Shown here: positions 42,741 through 56,354 of the stretch, in pieces
How positions within the stretch are numbered: position 1 is the stretch's first letter
Layout: the number at the start of each line of letters is the position of its first letter
Assembly: GCA_000004695.1 (NCBI GenBank)
Contig: CM000151.3
Location: 2,400,001 to 2,464,000, forward strand
Direction: 5' to 3'
Origin: Dictyostelium discoideum
Taxonomy: Eukaryota
Length of the DNA stretch: 64,000 bases
The notes under the pieces: model-generated
The model's database searches: none
The model's input: only the letters and a program-made list of their open reading frames with translations
Told to the model about the DNA's origin: nothing
Position numbers and translations under genes: made by a program

Positions 42741-43858
42741 CTTAAGATTTAAAATTTCATATTCAAATAAATAATGAAATATTTGAAAAAATCAAAAAAG
42801 CAAAATTTTTTTTGTTACACCTAAATTTTATGTTATTTTATTTATTTTTTTTTTTAAAAAATTAATTTAATTAATTTTTTTTTTTTTTTAAGTGCACAAC
42901 AAAAAAAAAAATAAAAAATAAAACAAAAAAAAAGAAATCACATTTTATTCATTTTTAAATTAAAAAATATTTCTTTTAAAAATATACTACCTGTGTGGCG
43001 AATCAATTTAAATTTTATTTTTTTTAATTTTTTTTTTTTTTATTTATTTTTTTTTTTAATAAAAAAAAATTATGAATAATTAAAAAAAAAAAATTGTTTT
43101 TTTTTTTTTTTTTTAAACTTTGTATGTATAAATTTTTATTTATTTAAATTCAATAAGTTTTTTTTTTTTAAAAAAAAAATGGAAAAAGGTAAATATTATT
43201 ATTATTATTATTACTATTCATTATATGTATATTGTTTTTTTCACACACAAACCCGAAAATTATCCAAATTAAACGAGTATGGGCATTTCGAACCCACGAG
43301 CTCGTGGTCAAATAAGTTGGAAAAAAGGAAAAAGAAATCTAAAGAAAAAAAAAAAAAAAATTAAAAAAAAAAATAAAAGATTTTTTTTCTAAAGGTTGAA
43401 AATTCTAAAAAAAAAAAAAAAGAAAAAAATTCAAAAAAAATAAATTAAATTAAATTATGACATATTTGCAAACAGGCGTGACTGTTGGTTCTTTATAATA
43501 GTAATCTAACACCATATTATTAAAAAATATCTTTTTTTTTTTTTTTTTTTTTTTAATTTTTTTTTTTACTTTTTTCTCTCAAAAATAAACAACAACTCGG
43601 TTTAGTTTCAGTTTTTTTTTTTTTTTTTAATTTTTTATTTATAATAACAACAAAACCCTCAAAATTAAATTATAATTTTCCATTTTTTTTTTTTTTTGTT
43701 TTTTTTTTTATTTTTTTTATTTTTTCTTCCTTTCATATAATTAAAATTGTACATTAAAAAAAAAAAAAAAAAATTATTAATAATATAATACCAAAACTAT
43801 AACATACATAATAATAATAATTTCACAAACCTTTAAAAAAAAAAAAAAAACTTTAAAT

Positions 43859-45685
43859 ATGGTAATTTCATCTCCAATAACAAAAATTAAAAAATTAAAA
43901 GAGGATAACATCGACAACAGTAGCAGCAGTAATAGTAATAGTAATAGTAATAATAATAATAATGAAATAAATAATTTTGGAAACCACCACCATAATGATG
44001 ATAATATATCATTTTCTAGTAATAATAATAATAATAATAATAATAGTAATAAAGGCAGTAATATTAATAATAGTAGTACAACAACAACAACAACATCAAC
44101 ACCATTAATTGGAGGAGATGGTGGTGGAGATTCTTGTGAAGTCAAAAGAAGTAGGAATATATTACCACATGAAGTATTATTAACAAGAGTAACATTTAAA
44201 GTTGAAACACCAATTGGATACGTTAGAGAGAATAATGTTTTAGCAATCATTGGTGATAGTGCAGAGATTGGAAATTGGAAATCAAAGGATGCACCTCAAA
44301 TGGTTAATTCCGAATGTACAGATACTCATTTAATTTGGACTATAATTTTATCATTCCCAAAAGCAACTAGAATCAATTATAAATATATCATTAAATCAAA
44401 TAGTAATAATAGTAATCATCAAAATCAAAATAATCATCATCATCATCATCATCACAGAAATCAATTAATTAATAGCAATGGGTCAACATCATCAATCACA
44501 TCAACATCATCGTCATCGTCATCAATTACAAGTAAATCAAATTTAGTTGAATGGGAAGCAAGTAAGGGATTGAGTAGAACATTATCAATTGAAGGTATTG
44601 ATATGTTTGTTAATGATGGGTTATTTGGAGTATTAGAGTCTGGTTCAAAACCATGGATTGGTAGAGGTTGGTTACCAGAGGATGAATATCAATTACGTAT
44701 TCAATTACAATGTGACGATAATCAATCACCAGTTCATCTATATGATCATCTAATTGAACAAAATCAATTGGTACTTCGTTTACATGATCCATTTGGTTTA
44801 TCACAAGATTTTCATTTACCAATGACTGGTTTCACCGAATTGGTATTACATACTCATTCATTATCTTCTTTTAGTTTTAGTGTAACTTTATTATTAAAAG
44901 ATGGTTTGAATTTACCAATTACCACCACTACCAACAATACAACTACTACTACTACCACTACCACCACCGCCACAGCCAATAGTAATATTGGTAGTAATGG
45001 TGCATCATCTCCAACATCATATCCATCATCACCAAATGGTTATAAAGTTTTAGGTAAATCATATATTTGTTCTAATCAAGTTTCGACAGATTTATGGGGT
45101 AAGTTATATACTCCAATAATTGGGGAGAAGTATTTCCCAATTGGTGAATTTCGTTGCAACTATTTAGTGGTGACACCATTTTCTCATCCTCAAAATTCAC
45201 TATCAAATCTTTGGCATTCATTCGTTGAACAACCTCAAACATTAATTGGACATCGTGGTAATGGTAAGAACAATTTTGGTATCAATGCAAACGCTGTCAC
45301 AGAGAATACAATTTTATCATTTTTAACAGCGGCTCAATTTGGAGCTAAAATGGTGGAATTCGATTTACAATTAACCTTTGATGGTGTACCAGTGATTTTC
45401 CATGATTATGAAATTGAAATTGAAACAAATGAAGGTTTCACAATGAAAGAGACAATCAATCGTTTAACATTGGAACAATTTTTAAAGGTGAAACCGACAA
45501 CAAACAAAAGTGATTTAATTAGTCAAAAATTGAAAAGATTAAAATCATTACGTATTTCAAAGAGTACAAGTGATCTATTATCATTATCAAGTTGTCCATC
45601 TTCAACTTCATTTGATCCTTCCTCATTTTTAGAAAATGTTACACAATGTAATAGTAATTTGGTTGTCAGTGATAATAATAACAAC

Positions 45686-45741
<56 letters not shown>

Positions 45742-46573
45742 TAATGATAATAATAATAATAATAATAATAAAAATAATAATACAATTAGACCATCTAGTA
45801 TCATTCATGATCGTTTTTCAACACTTCAAGATGCTTTTCATTTAGTACCACAAGAAATTGGTTTTATGATTGAAATTAAATATCCAAATTTAGCAATGCA
45901 AAATTTACGTAAGTTTAAAGCACCTGAAAGAAATGAATTTATTGATATAATTTTAAATGTATGTAATTTTTTAAATCTTAATCTCTCCCTTTAATTTATA
46001 TAAATTTAAAAAATTAATTATTTTTATTTTTATTATTTTTTTTTTTTTAATTTTAAAAATAGATTGTTTTTAATGAAACAAATGATAGAAGAATTGCATT
46101 TTTAACATTTGATCCAGATATCGCAATTTTATTAAGAACTAAACAATTTAGATATCCAGTTTTATTTTTAGTTTGTTGTGATACACCAACATTCTTTGAA
46201 GAATTCGACCCAGATGTAAATATTAATGATAATAGAGGTAATAGCATTACAAATGCAATATCTTTTGTTAAAACTGTAAATTTGGATGGTATTGTTTGTG
46301 ATAGTCAAACAATTTTAAATAATCATTCTTTTGTAAATTTAATTCATAGTGATAATTTATTATTATTCACTTATGGTAGTAAAAAGTAAGTTTTTTTATA
46401 TTATTTTATTTTAATTTTTTAATTTTTTAATTTATCTATAAAAAGATATTAACATTTATTTTTTTTTTTCCAGTGTTGATCCTGTTAATGTAAAAATTCA
46501 AAAAGAATTGGGTGTTGATGGAATCATAGCTGATAATATTACAAAGTTAAATAAAACCGTTATTGGTTTTTGA
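43859..46573 (+). CDS. Glycerophosphodiester phosphodiesterase with an N-terminal CBM20-like starch-binding domain (GPCPD1/GDE5-like architecture); 3 exons
   Basis: Exon 1 43859-45958 (donor aat|gtatgt). Exon 2 46063-46385 (acceptor aaatag, donor aaaaa|gtaagt). Exon 3 46474-46573 (acceptor ttccag, TGA 46571-46573). CBM20-like: VTFKVETPIGYVRENNVLAIIGDSAEIGNWKS...THLIWTIILSFP. GDPD: GHRGNGKN...ENTILSFLTAAQFGAKMVEFDLQLTFDGVPVIFHDYEIE; C-term GVDGIIADNITKL. Confidence 0.7.
45667..45770 (+). repeat. Coding (AAT/AAC)n microsatellite giving poly-Asn (~35 N) inside the GDPD gene
   Basis: The ORF 43859-45994 translation shows [37 protein letters not shown]. Confidence 0.9.
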
Positions 46574-46839
46574 AAAAAAAATAACATATACATAAATATA
46601 TATAAAAAAAAAAGGTAATAAAATAAATAAATAAAAAAAAAAAAAGTATTTTTTTTTTTTTTTAAAAAATATTAATATTTTCTTTAAAATATTAATATTT
46701 TAAAGAATTACATACATGTAATTGCACGACCTATTGTGGATTTATCCTTGATGGTTTAATATCAGCTGTTGAAGGAGATGCTTTTTTTAATTGTAGTAAT
46801 AGTAATAATTGTGTTTTTAGCCAAAATGTTATTAACCAA

Positions 46840-47136
46840 ATGTTACCAGTAATTCCAATGACATGTATGGCAGGTGAATGTATAAATAATAATAGTAGTG
46901 GTAGCCAAAATAATAATAATACTACAAGTGATAATGGTAGTAGAAATGGTAGCGAAAATAGTCATCATAATAGTGATAGTAGTAATAATGATAATATTAA
47001 ATGCCCAACTTGTGATTGTAATAAATCCACTACTCATTTCATGATAGCAATAATTATTTTTTTGGTTGTTTTGATAATTTTATCTATAATAAACATTATT
47101 CTTGTATTTAAAAAAAGAAAAAATAATTATACATAA
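46840..47136 (+). CDS. Possible small type-I membrane protein (98 aa: Cys/Asn/Ser-rich N-term, C-terminal TM helix FMIAIIIFLVVLIILSIINIILVF + KKRK)
   Basis: ORF 46840-47136 only. There is no clear signal peptide. The in-frame upstream stretch (KELHTCNCTTYCGF...CSNSNNCVF) has no ATG. Confidence 0.25.
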   Translation: MLPVIPMTCMAGECINNNSSGSQNNNNTTSDNGSRNGSENSHHNSDSSNNDNIKCPTCDCNKSTTHFMIAIIIFLVVLIILSIINIILVFKKRKNNYT

Positions 47137-47279
47137 TAATTTTCTTTGAAATCAAATAAAAATATCTTAATTTTAATTTTTTTAATTCTTTTTTTTTTTT
47201 TTTTTTTGTGATTTGTTTTTTTTTTTTTTTTTTGATTTGTTTTTTTTTTTTATTTTCAGAGTTAAAAAAAAAAAAAAAA

Positions 47280-48933
47280 ATGGCAATTAATTATGAAATA
47301 AATGGTAATGAAATTAAAAATTTACAAACTATCACTTACAATTATAAAGAACCAATTGAAATTGATAAAGAGTTAGAATGTATGATTTGCTTATTACCAC
47401 TTTTGGAACCAGTAGTCGAACCAAATTGCAGACAAATGGTAAACTATTATAATTTTAAAAAAAAATAATGTAATGAATGTAATTTTAATAATTTTTTTTT
47501 TTTTTTTTAAAAATGTTTTTTAGTTTTGTAAAGATTGTTTAACAAATTGGTCTATTGAAAAAGGTCAAAAAGGATGTCCATATTGCCAACAATCATTTAA
47601 TATAAAATCAGTTAGTTTACCACCAAAATTTGTAACAAATACATTAGATAGTTTATTAGTTTATTGCAATACAGATGGTTGTGAATTCAATAGTAATAGT
47701 GATAGAAATCAATTAATTCGTCGTTGTGAATATAGAAATCATTTTGAAAGAATTTGTAAAGTAATATGTATTGATTGTAATCAACAATTTACAAGAGAAC
47801 AATTAAAATTACACTCAAATGAATGTACTTCAAAATCAGTTAAATGTAATGCAAGTTCATTAATGTGTTCATGGGTTGGTCCAATTAAAGAATTGCAATC
47901 ACATGAATCAAATTGTCATTACATTGCATTATCGCCAATACTCAATAAATTATATGATAAAATCCAACAATTAGATATCAGTAATCAAAAAACCACCTCA
48001 TTTTTATTAGAAAAAATAAATTATTTAGAATCAATAATTTCATCATCATCAGCATTATCAACACCAAATTTGAGTTCTCCAATTTATTATCAACCAATTC
48101 CAACTGCTCCATTACCAGACTCAACAACAATGTATGATAATAGAAATACAACCACCACAACAACCACAACAACAACAATTTCATTGGATAAAATTACACC
48201 GGTTGAAATTAAAAAAGTAGCATCAATTGAAATTTTTAAAAATAATAGTAATAAATATGTAATTGGTAAAGTTGAATCAGGTGTTAAGAGTGTATCGATT
48301 GATGGAGATTATGCAGATACATGGCCAATTGTTAAAGGTAATTTACCAAATTCAGTTGACACATTAATATTATTAGATGGATTTAAAGAATTGGTATACT
48401 CTGTTCCAAAATCAATTAAAGTACTACACATTGGTGATATTAAAAAATCACATGCATTCTATATTCAATGCAGTTCAGTTAATGAAATTCATTTTCATGA
48501 TAATTGTAAAATTAAATTCACAAAGAATGTTATACCAGATTCAGCTAAAACAGTTCACTTTTATAGAATTAATGAACCATTAACAACTGAATCAATTGGT
48601 AAGAATGTAAAATGTCTTCATATACATGATGGATTTTCAAAATCATTAGGATATGGTGTTTTACCATCATCAATTCAAGAATTACATTTATATGATATTA
48701 AAAGACAAGCATTGTCAATACCAAGCTCAATTAAAATATTATACCTTCATAATCAATTCAATAATGAATCAATTGAATTACCTGATCAACTTGAAACTCT
48801 TTATCTTGATAACATTATCCACCCAATTAAAAATTTCCCATCATCTTTAAAAACAATTCATTTAATTAATTATAAATTTGAAGATAAAGTACCATTTCCA
48901 CCAAAAGTTAAAATTATTATGGGGACAAAATAA
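47280..48933 (+). CDS. RING finger + TRAF-type zinc finger + FNIP-repeat protein (~603 aa); 2 exons
   Basis: ATG at 47280 (MAINYEINGNEIK). Exon 1 47280-47438 (donor caaatg|gtaaac, phase 0). Exon 2 47524-48933 (acceptor tttttag). The RING is split by the intron: CMICLLPLLEPVVEPNCRQM | FCKDCLTNWSIEKGQKGCPYC, with Q in the usual His position. TRAF-type zinc fingers: CEYRNHFERICKVICIDCNQQFTREQLKLHSNECTSKSVKCNASSLMCSWVG...HESNCHY. FNIP-like ~22-aa repeats: LPNSVDTLILLDGF, VPKSIKVLHIGD, IPDSAKTVHFYRIN, LPSSIQELHLYD, IPSSIKILYLHNQFN, FPSSLKTIHLINYKF. Confidence 0.65.
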
Positions 48934-49036
48934 TAAATTTTAAAATAATAATAATAAAACAATAAATAAAAAATATGTTTTGTACTTTTAAATTAATAAA
49001 TATATTTTTATTTATTTATTTATTTATTTATTTTTT

Positions 49037-50836
49037 TTATTTTCTTTTTTCAAGAATTACTTTGAATGGGTTTGGTTTTAATGTTAAACCATAAGTTTGA
49101 GTTTCATCAACTGGTTTACCATCAATTGATTTAAATTTGAAATTTAATATCATATTTGATAATGCAATATAAATTTCATCTTGGGCAAAATTACTTCCAC
49201 TAAATTATTAAAAATAAAAAATTAATATCTGAAAATATATACATGATAATACTCAAATCAATTAAGTAATTGAGTGAGAATATAATTTAGATACATTACA
49301 CGCAATTTCTTGGACCAATACTAAATGGCATGAAAGCTGGATTTGAATCAGAATTTAAAAATCTAGTTGGATCAAATTGATTTGGATTTTCAAAATATTC
49401 TTCATTTCTAGATAATGCATGATAATTAATTAAAATTTGAGCATTCTTTGGAATAAATTGACCATTATTTAAAATGATATCAGAGGTAGTTGATCTTGGT
49501 AAACCAAATGGTGATATTGGTTTATATCTTAATGTTTCTTTAAATAATGATACAACAAATGGTGTTGATTGTCTATCTGATAACAAAACTTTATTTCTCT
49601 GAGTTAAACCACCACCACCACCGCCACCATTTGATGATAATGCTGATTTAATTTCATTATAAGCTTTCTCTTGATATTCTGGATAATTAATTAACATCAT
49701 TACAATTAATTCTAAAGAAGTTGCAGAAGTATCAACACCAGCTAAAAAGAAATCACTAACTGTTGCAGAGATTGATAAAATTTGATCATCAGTTTCTGTA
49801 CCATATTCTTTAATCAATAGATCCATTAAGTCTCTTTGAACATCTGGTTTGTAAGTTTCTAAATGTTTATAAATTTTCATTTTACCAAAATTAATAACTT
49901 GATAATAATGACTTGTAAACCATTCTAAATATAAGAAATACAATGGTCTTGTTATCTCTAAAACATCAAATAAACTACCAGTACCGAAATCTTTGAATAC
50001 CTTTTGCATTGGTTTCATTAATTGTGCTAATTGACCATTATGCACATCTTCATCTTTGGAAATATCTTCATTGAAAATATATTTAAACATTGCTGACATT
50101 GTAAATTTGGTTAAATAATAACGTGGATCAAATGTTTCACCACTGGATTCAATGGTTCTCATCGATTCAATTAATACATCAACTTGATCATCCAATAATT
50201 GATAAATATGTTTTAAATTGGTCTTTCTCATTGCCTTACCAACAATCTCTTTATTATTTTTCCAATTATCACCCATTGATGCTACTGTACCATGATAAAA
50301 TGTTCCATGTTTTACTGACTATTTATTTTATTTTATTTATTTAATTAATTAATCTTATTTATTATTATTAAAAAAAAAAGAAATAAAAACTATTATAAAA
50401 AAAAAAAAAATTTTACATACTGGTATTTTTGGTCTGTCAATGAAATTGTCAAACTTGTCAACAAATAGCTCTCTTGCAATTATTGGATCACAAACAATAA
50501 CTGTATATAAGTCTGCTAAATAAATTCTAAAGATTTTACCATATTTTTCACTCATCTTTGTTAAATCAAAATGAGGTAAATTGGTTAACTGATAAATGTT
50601 GCCCAATATAGGAATTGGAAAAGGACCTGGTAATTGATTTTCATTTAATCTTTTATATTTTGAATACTTTTATTTTTATTTTTTTTTTTTTATTTTTTTT
50701 TTTTTTTTTTTTTGGTAGACTAACATGTTTTTTAAATTTTTTAGAAAATAAAAAAAAGAAAAAATAATAAAAAAATACTTACAGCATTATGTAAAATATA
50801 AATTAAAAATAGATACACAATGATGCCAAATATCAT
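49037..50836 (-). CDS. Cytochrome P450 (copy A of a tandem triplet), ~493 aa, 4 exons
   Basis: - strand exons 50836-50783 ([18 protein letters not shown]|gtaagt), 50666-50421 (...DRPKIP|gtatgt), 50318-49300 ([20 protein letters not shown]...FSIGPRNC(V)|gtaatg) and 49199-49037 ([10 protein letters not shown]...EKRK*). Phases 0/0/2 are consistent. ExxR ETLRYKP; PFG; heme loop [13 protein letters not shown] track: 50355-50606, 49296-50276. Confidence 0.75.
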
Positions 50837-51185
50837 TTTTTTAAAAATTGATTTTATGAAATTAAAAAAAAAAAAAAAAAAAAAAATTTAATTATAAAAT
50901 CAAAAAAAAAAACCATAAAATATGCCAAAAAAAAATAAAAAAATAAAATTAAAAAAAATAAAAATTAATTATAGTAATTTATAAATATCTTCAAAAGTAA
51001 AGATTCTTTTCAAATTGAAAAAAAAAAAAAAAACCAACCCTCTTTTTTAAAAAAAAATAAAAAAAAATCTTTATTAAATTTGAAAGTAAAAAATGAAATT
51101 CTTGAATAATAAAGTTAAATATCAAACCAATAAAAATAAGGTTATCGCGTTAACTAGTATTTTTATTAATTTTATATTTTTAATT

Positions 51186-51218
<33 letters not shown>

Positions 51219-51320
51219 TTTAATTATTTAAAAAATATATTAAAAAATTTGTTATTTCTTTTTTGAGTCACAATGAATCCTTTTTTTTGTTTTTGAAGTT
51301 AAATAGTTTTTTTTTAAATT

Positions 51321-51366
<46 letters not shown>

Positions 51367-51401
51367 TATTATTATTATAATTATTTAAATAAATATAAAA
51401 A

Positions 51402-52046
51402 TTAGATAATTCTTTTTTCAAGAGTTACATTGAATCTATTTTTAGTTTTTAGTGTGAGGCCATATTCCTCAGTTTCATCAATCTTTTTACCGTCAATTGA
51501 TTTTAATTTAAAATTTAAAAGAATATTTGAAATACAAATGTATAGCTCATCTTGAGCAAAACTTTGACCCCTATAAAAAAATAATTTAATTGATTAATTA
51601 ATTGTTTATTTTTTAATTTTTTTTAAAAATTAATTATACATACACACAACTTCTAATACCAATACTAAATGGTAAAAATGCAACATTTGATTCAACTTTT
51701 AAAAATCTTGATGGATCAAATTGTTCTGGATTTTCATAATATTCTTCATTCATTCCAAGTGCTTGATAATTAATTAAAATTTGTGCATTCTTTGGAATGA
51801 AATGACCACCAATCATACAATCCTTTGATGAAGATCTTGGTAAACCAAATGGTGACATTGGTTTATATCTTAATGTTTCTTTTATTACAGCAACTAAATA
51901 AGGTGTTGATTGTCTATCTGATAAATTAACTTTACTTCTACCATTTACAACTGTCTTTATTTCATCAAATGCTTTTTCTTGAATTTCTGGATAATTTGTT
52001 AACATCAATACCATTGATTCTAAAGCAGTTGAACTTGTATCAACAC

Positions 52047-52082
<36 letters not shown>

Positions 52083-53414
52083 AGAATATTATTTTTTTAA
52101 ATAATAATAATAATAAATACTTATAAATACAAACCTGCTAAGAAAAAATCATTAATTGTTGCCAAAATTGATAAAATTTTATCATCATTATCAGTACCAT
52201 ATTCTTTAATTAAAATATCAAGTAAATCTCTTTCAACATCTGGATCAAAGGTTTTTAAATGTTCATTATATTTCTCTCTATGATATTTCATAATATCTTT
52301 AAAACTTTGATCAAACATTTCTAAATATAAAAGATAAAGTGGTTGAGTAATATTTATGACATCAAATAAACTACCTCTACCAGCATTTTGAAAAACCTCA
52401 GACATTGGACCCATCAATTTTTGTGTATCACCTTTATTAATATCTTCATCCTCTGGAATATCATGATTGAAAAGAAATTTAAACATTGCTGACATTGTAA
52501 ATTTTGTAATATAATAACGAGTATCAAATGTTTTACCACTGGTTTCAATTGATTTCATTGATCTTATTAATACATCAACTTGTTTATCTAATAATTCATA
52601 AATATGTTTTAAATTTGTTTTTCTCATTGCTTTACCAACAATTTCTCTATTGTTTTTCCAATGTTCACCATAACTTGTAACTGTACCATGATAAAATGTT
52701 CCATGTTCAACTGACTATTTAAATTTTTAATTTTTTAAATAAAATAATTAATAATTAATAATTAATAAATAAATAATTAATAATTAATAATTAATTTTTT
52801 TTTTTTTTTTAAATTATTAATTATTTTAATTAATTATTATTATTAATTATTTATAAATTTTTTATTTTTTAAATAAAATAATTAATAATTAATAATTAAT
52901 AAATAAATAATTAATAATTAAAAAAAAAATAAATTAACACACAATTTATTAATTATTTAATTTTGATACATACTGGTTTTTTAACTCTATCGGTGAAAAT
53001 ATCAGAATTATCAACATACATTTCTCTAATTAATAATGGATCAGATACAACAACAGTGTACATGTCTGCCATATAAACCCTTAAAATATGGCCATACTTT
53101 TTAGTCATCTTTGTTAATACTCTATGAGGTAATTCTCCAAATTGATGGAGATTTCCTAAAATTGGAATTGGGGTTGGACCACATAACTCATTAACATGAA
53201 TTTTTTTATATTTTGAAATCTGATTAATTAAAATAATTATTTTAAAAATAAAAAATTAAAAAATTAAAAAATGATTATTTTTAAAAATAATAATAATAAT
53301 AATTTAGATTAATTATATTTATTTTTATTTTTTTTAATATAAAATAATAGGACTTACAGCATTATGTATAATATAAACAACAAATAATGAAATAATAATT
53401 TCAAATAAAGCCAT
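51402..53414 (-). CDS. Cytochrome P450 (copy B), 5 exons; has an intron after ...FFLAG| that copy A lacks
   Basis: - strand exons 53414-53358 ([19 protein letters not shown]), 53219-52974, 52714-52135 ([20 protein letters not shown]...DFFLAG|gtttgt), 52046-51644 ([15 protein letters not shown]...FSIGIRSCV|gtatgt) and 51570-51402 ([10 protein letters not shown]...EKRII*). The lengths 57/246/580/403/169 are frame-consistent. ORF track: 52121-52627, 51634-52014. Confidence 0.75.
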
Positions 53415-54155
53415 ATTTTTTAAATTACCACTTGTGTGCAAGTAATTTTTTTTTTTGTTTTTTTGTTTTTTTTTTTTTTTTCTTTTCAACAATTATATTT
53501 TTATTTTTTATATTTTTATTTATATTTTTAATTTTTGGTTTAAATATTTTTTTGTTTTTGTTTTTGTTTTTTTTTTTTTTTTTTTTTTTGTTCAACAACA
53601 GTTTAAAAAAAAAAAAAAAAAATAAAAAAAAAAAAATTAAAAAAAAAAAATTATTTTAATAATGTTTGAATTAAAACTGACAACATAGATGATTAACATA
53701 GTAAATCTATGAATCATAAAAATAAATTATTGTTTTCTCAACTGAGTAAGATGTCTCCTCACAATCTAATGTACAAAAAAAAAAAATAAAAAAAAATAAA
53801 AAAAATAAAAAAAATAAAAAAAAAATAAAAAATAAAAAAATAATACTAACACCATTATTAAAAAAAAAAAATTAAAAAAAAATTTTAAGATCCCCACACA
53901 TTTTCTATTCAATATGCACAAAAAATACACACACTTTTTTTCTTTTCTTTTTTTTTCTTTTTTTTTTTTTTTTTTTTTTTCATTGTTATTCTCAATTTTT
54001 GAGATTTTATAAAAAATAAAAAATAAAAAAAAAAATAAAAAAAATAATGAAAATAATAATAAAAATAATAAAAAATTATAATTTTTTTTGTATTGGGTTA
54101 AATTTGGACACAATAATATTCAATAAAATTTAATCCAATATTTACACGCTCACAG

Positions 54156-54208
<53 letters not shown>

Positions 54209-54252
54209 TTATTTATTATAATTAATTATTTTTTATTAAATTTTACAATGAA

Positions 54253-55566
54253 TTAAATTCTTTTTTTAATGGATACATTAAATTTATTCTTGCATCTTAA
54301 TGTAACTCCATACAATTCAGTTTCATCAATTTGTTTCCCATCAATTGAACTAAATTTAAAATTTAAAATTATATTTGAAAATGCAAGAAACATTTCATCT
54401 AATGCAAAATTTTGACCACTTAAAAAAAAAAAAAAAATTAATTTAACAATTTTTAAATAAATAATTAAAAAAAATAATAAAATAAATAATTTTTTTTTAC
54501 TTACACACAATTTCTTGTACCAATACTAAATGGTAAAAATGCAATATTTGTATCTGGATTCATAAATCTTGATGGTTCAAATTGTTCAGGATTTTCAAAA
54601 TAATCTTGATTTCTTGAAAGTCCATAATAATTTATAAAAATTTGAGCATCTTTTGGAATGAATTTATCACCAATTATAATATCTTGAGAAGTAGTTCTTG
54701 GTACACCAACAGAAGATGGTGGTTTATATCTTAATGTTTCTTTAATAAATGAAACTGTATATGGTGTAAATTGTCTATCAGATAATAAAACTTTATTTCT
54801 ACCGTTAACAGTTAATTTAATTTCATCATATACTTTCTCTTGAATTTCTGGATAATTAACTAACATCATAACCATATATTCTAATGAAGCACTACTTGTA
54901 TCAGTACCTATTTTAAATAAATTTATTAATAATTGAAATTTTTTAATAAAAAATAATAAAACTAATTTAATACAAACCAGCTAAAAATAAATCATTTATA
55001 GTTGCAATAATTGTTAAAATATCATCATCACTTCCACTATAATATTCTTTAATTAATAAATCTAATAAATCTCTTTGAATTTCTGGATTATAAGTTTTTA
55101 AATGTTGATGATATTTTTTTTTTAAAAAATTTAAAATTTTTGGATAATTTTTATCAGTATGTTCAATCCATTGATAATATAATGGTCTTGATATTAATAA
55201 AACATCAAATAAACTACCACTTCCTAAATCTTTGAAAACTTGTTCAATTGGCCCAATTAATTCAGATATTTCATTATTAAAATTTATTTCTTCATTGAAA
55301 ATGAATTTATACATTGCTGCCATTGTATATTTTTTAAAATAAATACGTGGTTCAAATACTTGTCCATCACTTTCAATTTTATTCATTGATTCAATTAAAT
55401 TATCAACTTGTTGATCTAATGAATCATAAATTAATTTTAAATTGGTTTTTCTCATTGCTTTATTAATTATATCTCTAATTTTTAACCAATATTCACCAGA
55501 AGATGCTTTTTTTTTTAAAAAAAAAAAAAAAAAAAAATTAATAATTAATTTTTTTTTTAGTTTTTT

Positions 55567-55603
<37 letters not shown>

Positions 55604-55917
55604 CTAACTTGCAATACCATGATAATGAGTTGCATGTCTTATTGAAGGTATTTTTGGTCTGTCTAGGAAATAATCACCATTGTTAACAAACATTTCTCTA
55701 ATCAAAATTGGATCAGATAATACAACAGTGTATAAATCAGCAAACCAAAATCTATAAATTCCACCATATTTTTCAGATATTTTAGTTAAATCTCTGTGTG
55801 GTAAACCACTTGTAAGTTGATATAAATTTCCTAAAATTGGAATTGGAATTGGTCCTTTTAATTCATTTTTATTTATTTTTTTAAATTTAATATACTGATA
55901 AAAATTGATTTAATTTC

Positions 55918-55961
<44 letters not shown>

Positions 55962-56119
55962 TATTTAAATTTTACCATATCTGTGTTTAGAAAAAAGTAT
56001 AATTATTATTATTATCCTTTTTTTTTTTTTTTTTTTATTAAAATTAAAGAAAAAATACAAACAGTATTATGGATTATATAAAAAATTATTAGAAACAATA
56101 TTAATTTTAAAAACTCCAT
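54253..56119 (-). CDS. Cytochrome P450 (copy C), 5 exons; its intron pattern differs from A and B, and exon 2 has an apparent 1-nt frameshift at ~55859-55861
   Basis: - strand exons 56119-56063 ([19 protein letters not shown]|gtttgt), 55895-55609, 55505-54978 (...FLAG|gtttgt), 54897-54495 ([16 protein letters not shown]...FSIGTRNCV|gtaagt) and 54418-54253 ([10 protein letters not shown]...KKRI*). Exon 2 reads [11 protein letters not shown] then aat gaa TTT aaa agg, where aat gaa TTa aaa gga cca ([14 protein letters not shown]) is expected; the exon is 287 nt, not 286. [18 protein letters not shown] is continuous, so there is no intron where A and B have one; instead an intron follows HGIA (gcaa|gttagt ... 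aaaag|ca). Confidence 0.6.
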
Positions 56120-56292
56120 TATGTTTTACTTGTAGTTTTATTGCAATAAATTTTTTTTTTTTTTTTTTTTAAAATTATATAATAGATAAAAAATAAAAAA
56201 TAAAAAAAAAAAAATTAAAAAAATTAAAAATAAAAAAATTAATTTATTTTCAAAAAAAAATCTTGGGGTCAATCCTAAAAAATTAAATGCCA

Positions 56293-56354
<62 letters not shown>

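Noticed and set aside
46700-47136. Extending the small TM ORF 46840-47136 upstream to 46702 to gain a Cys-rich N-terminus
   Set aside because: There is no ATG or acceptor site to support the extension. It is kept only as a low-confidence feature.
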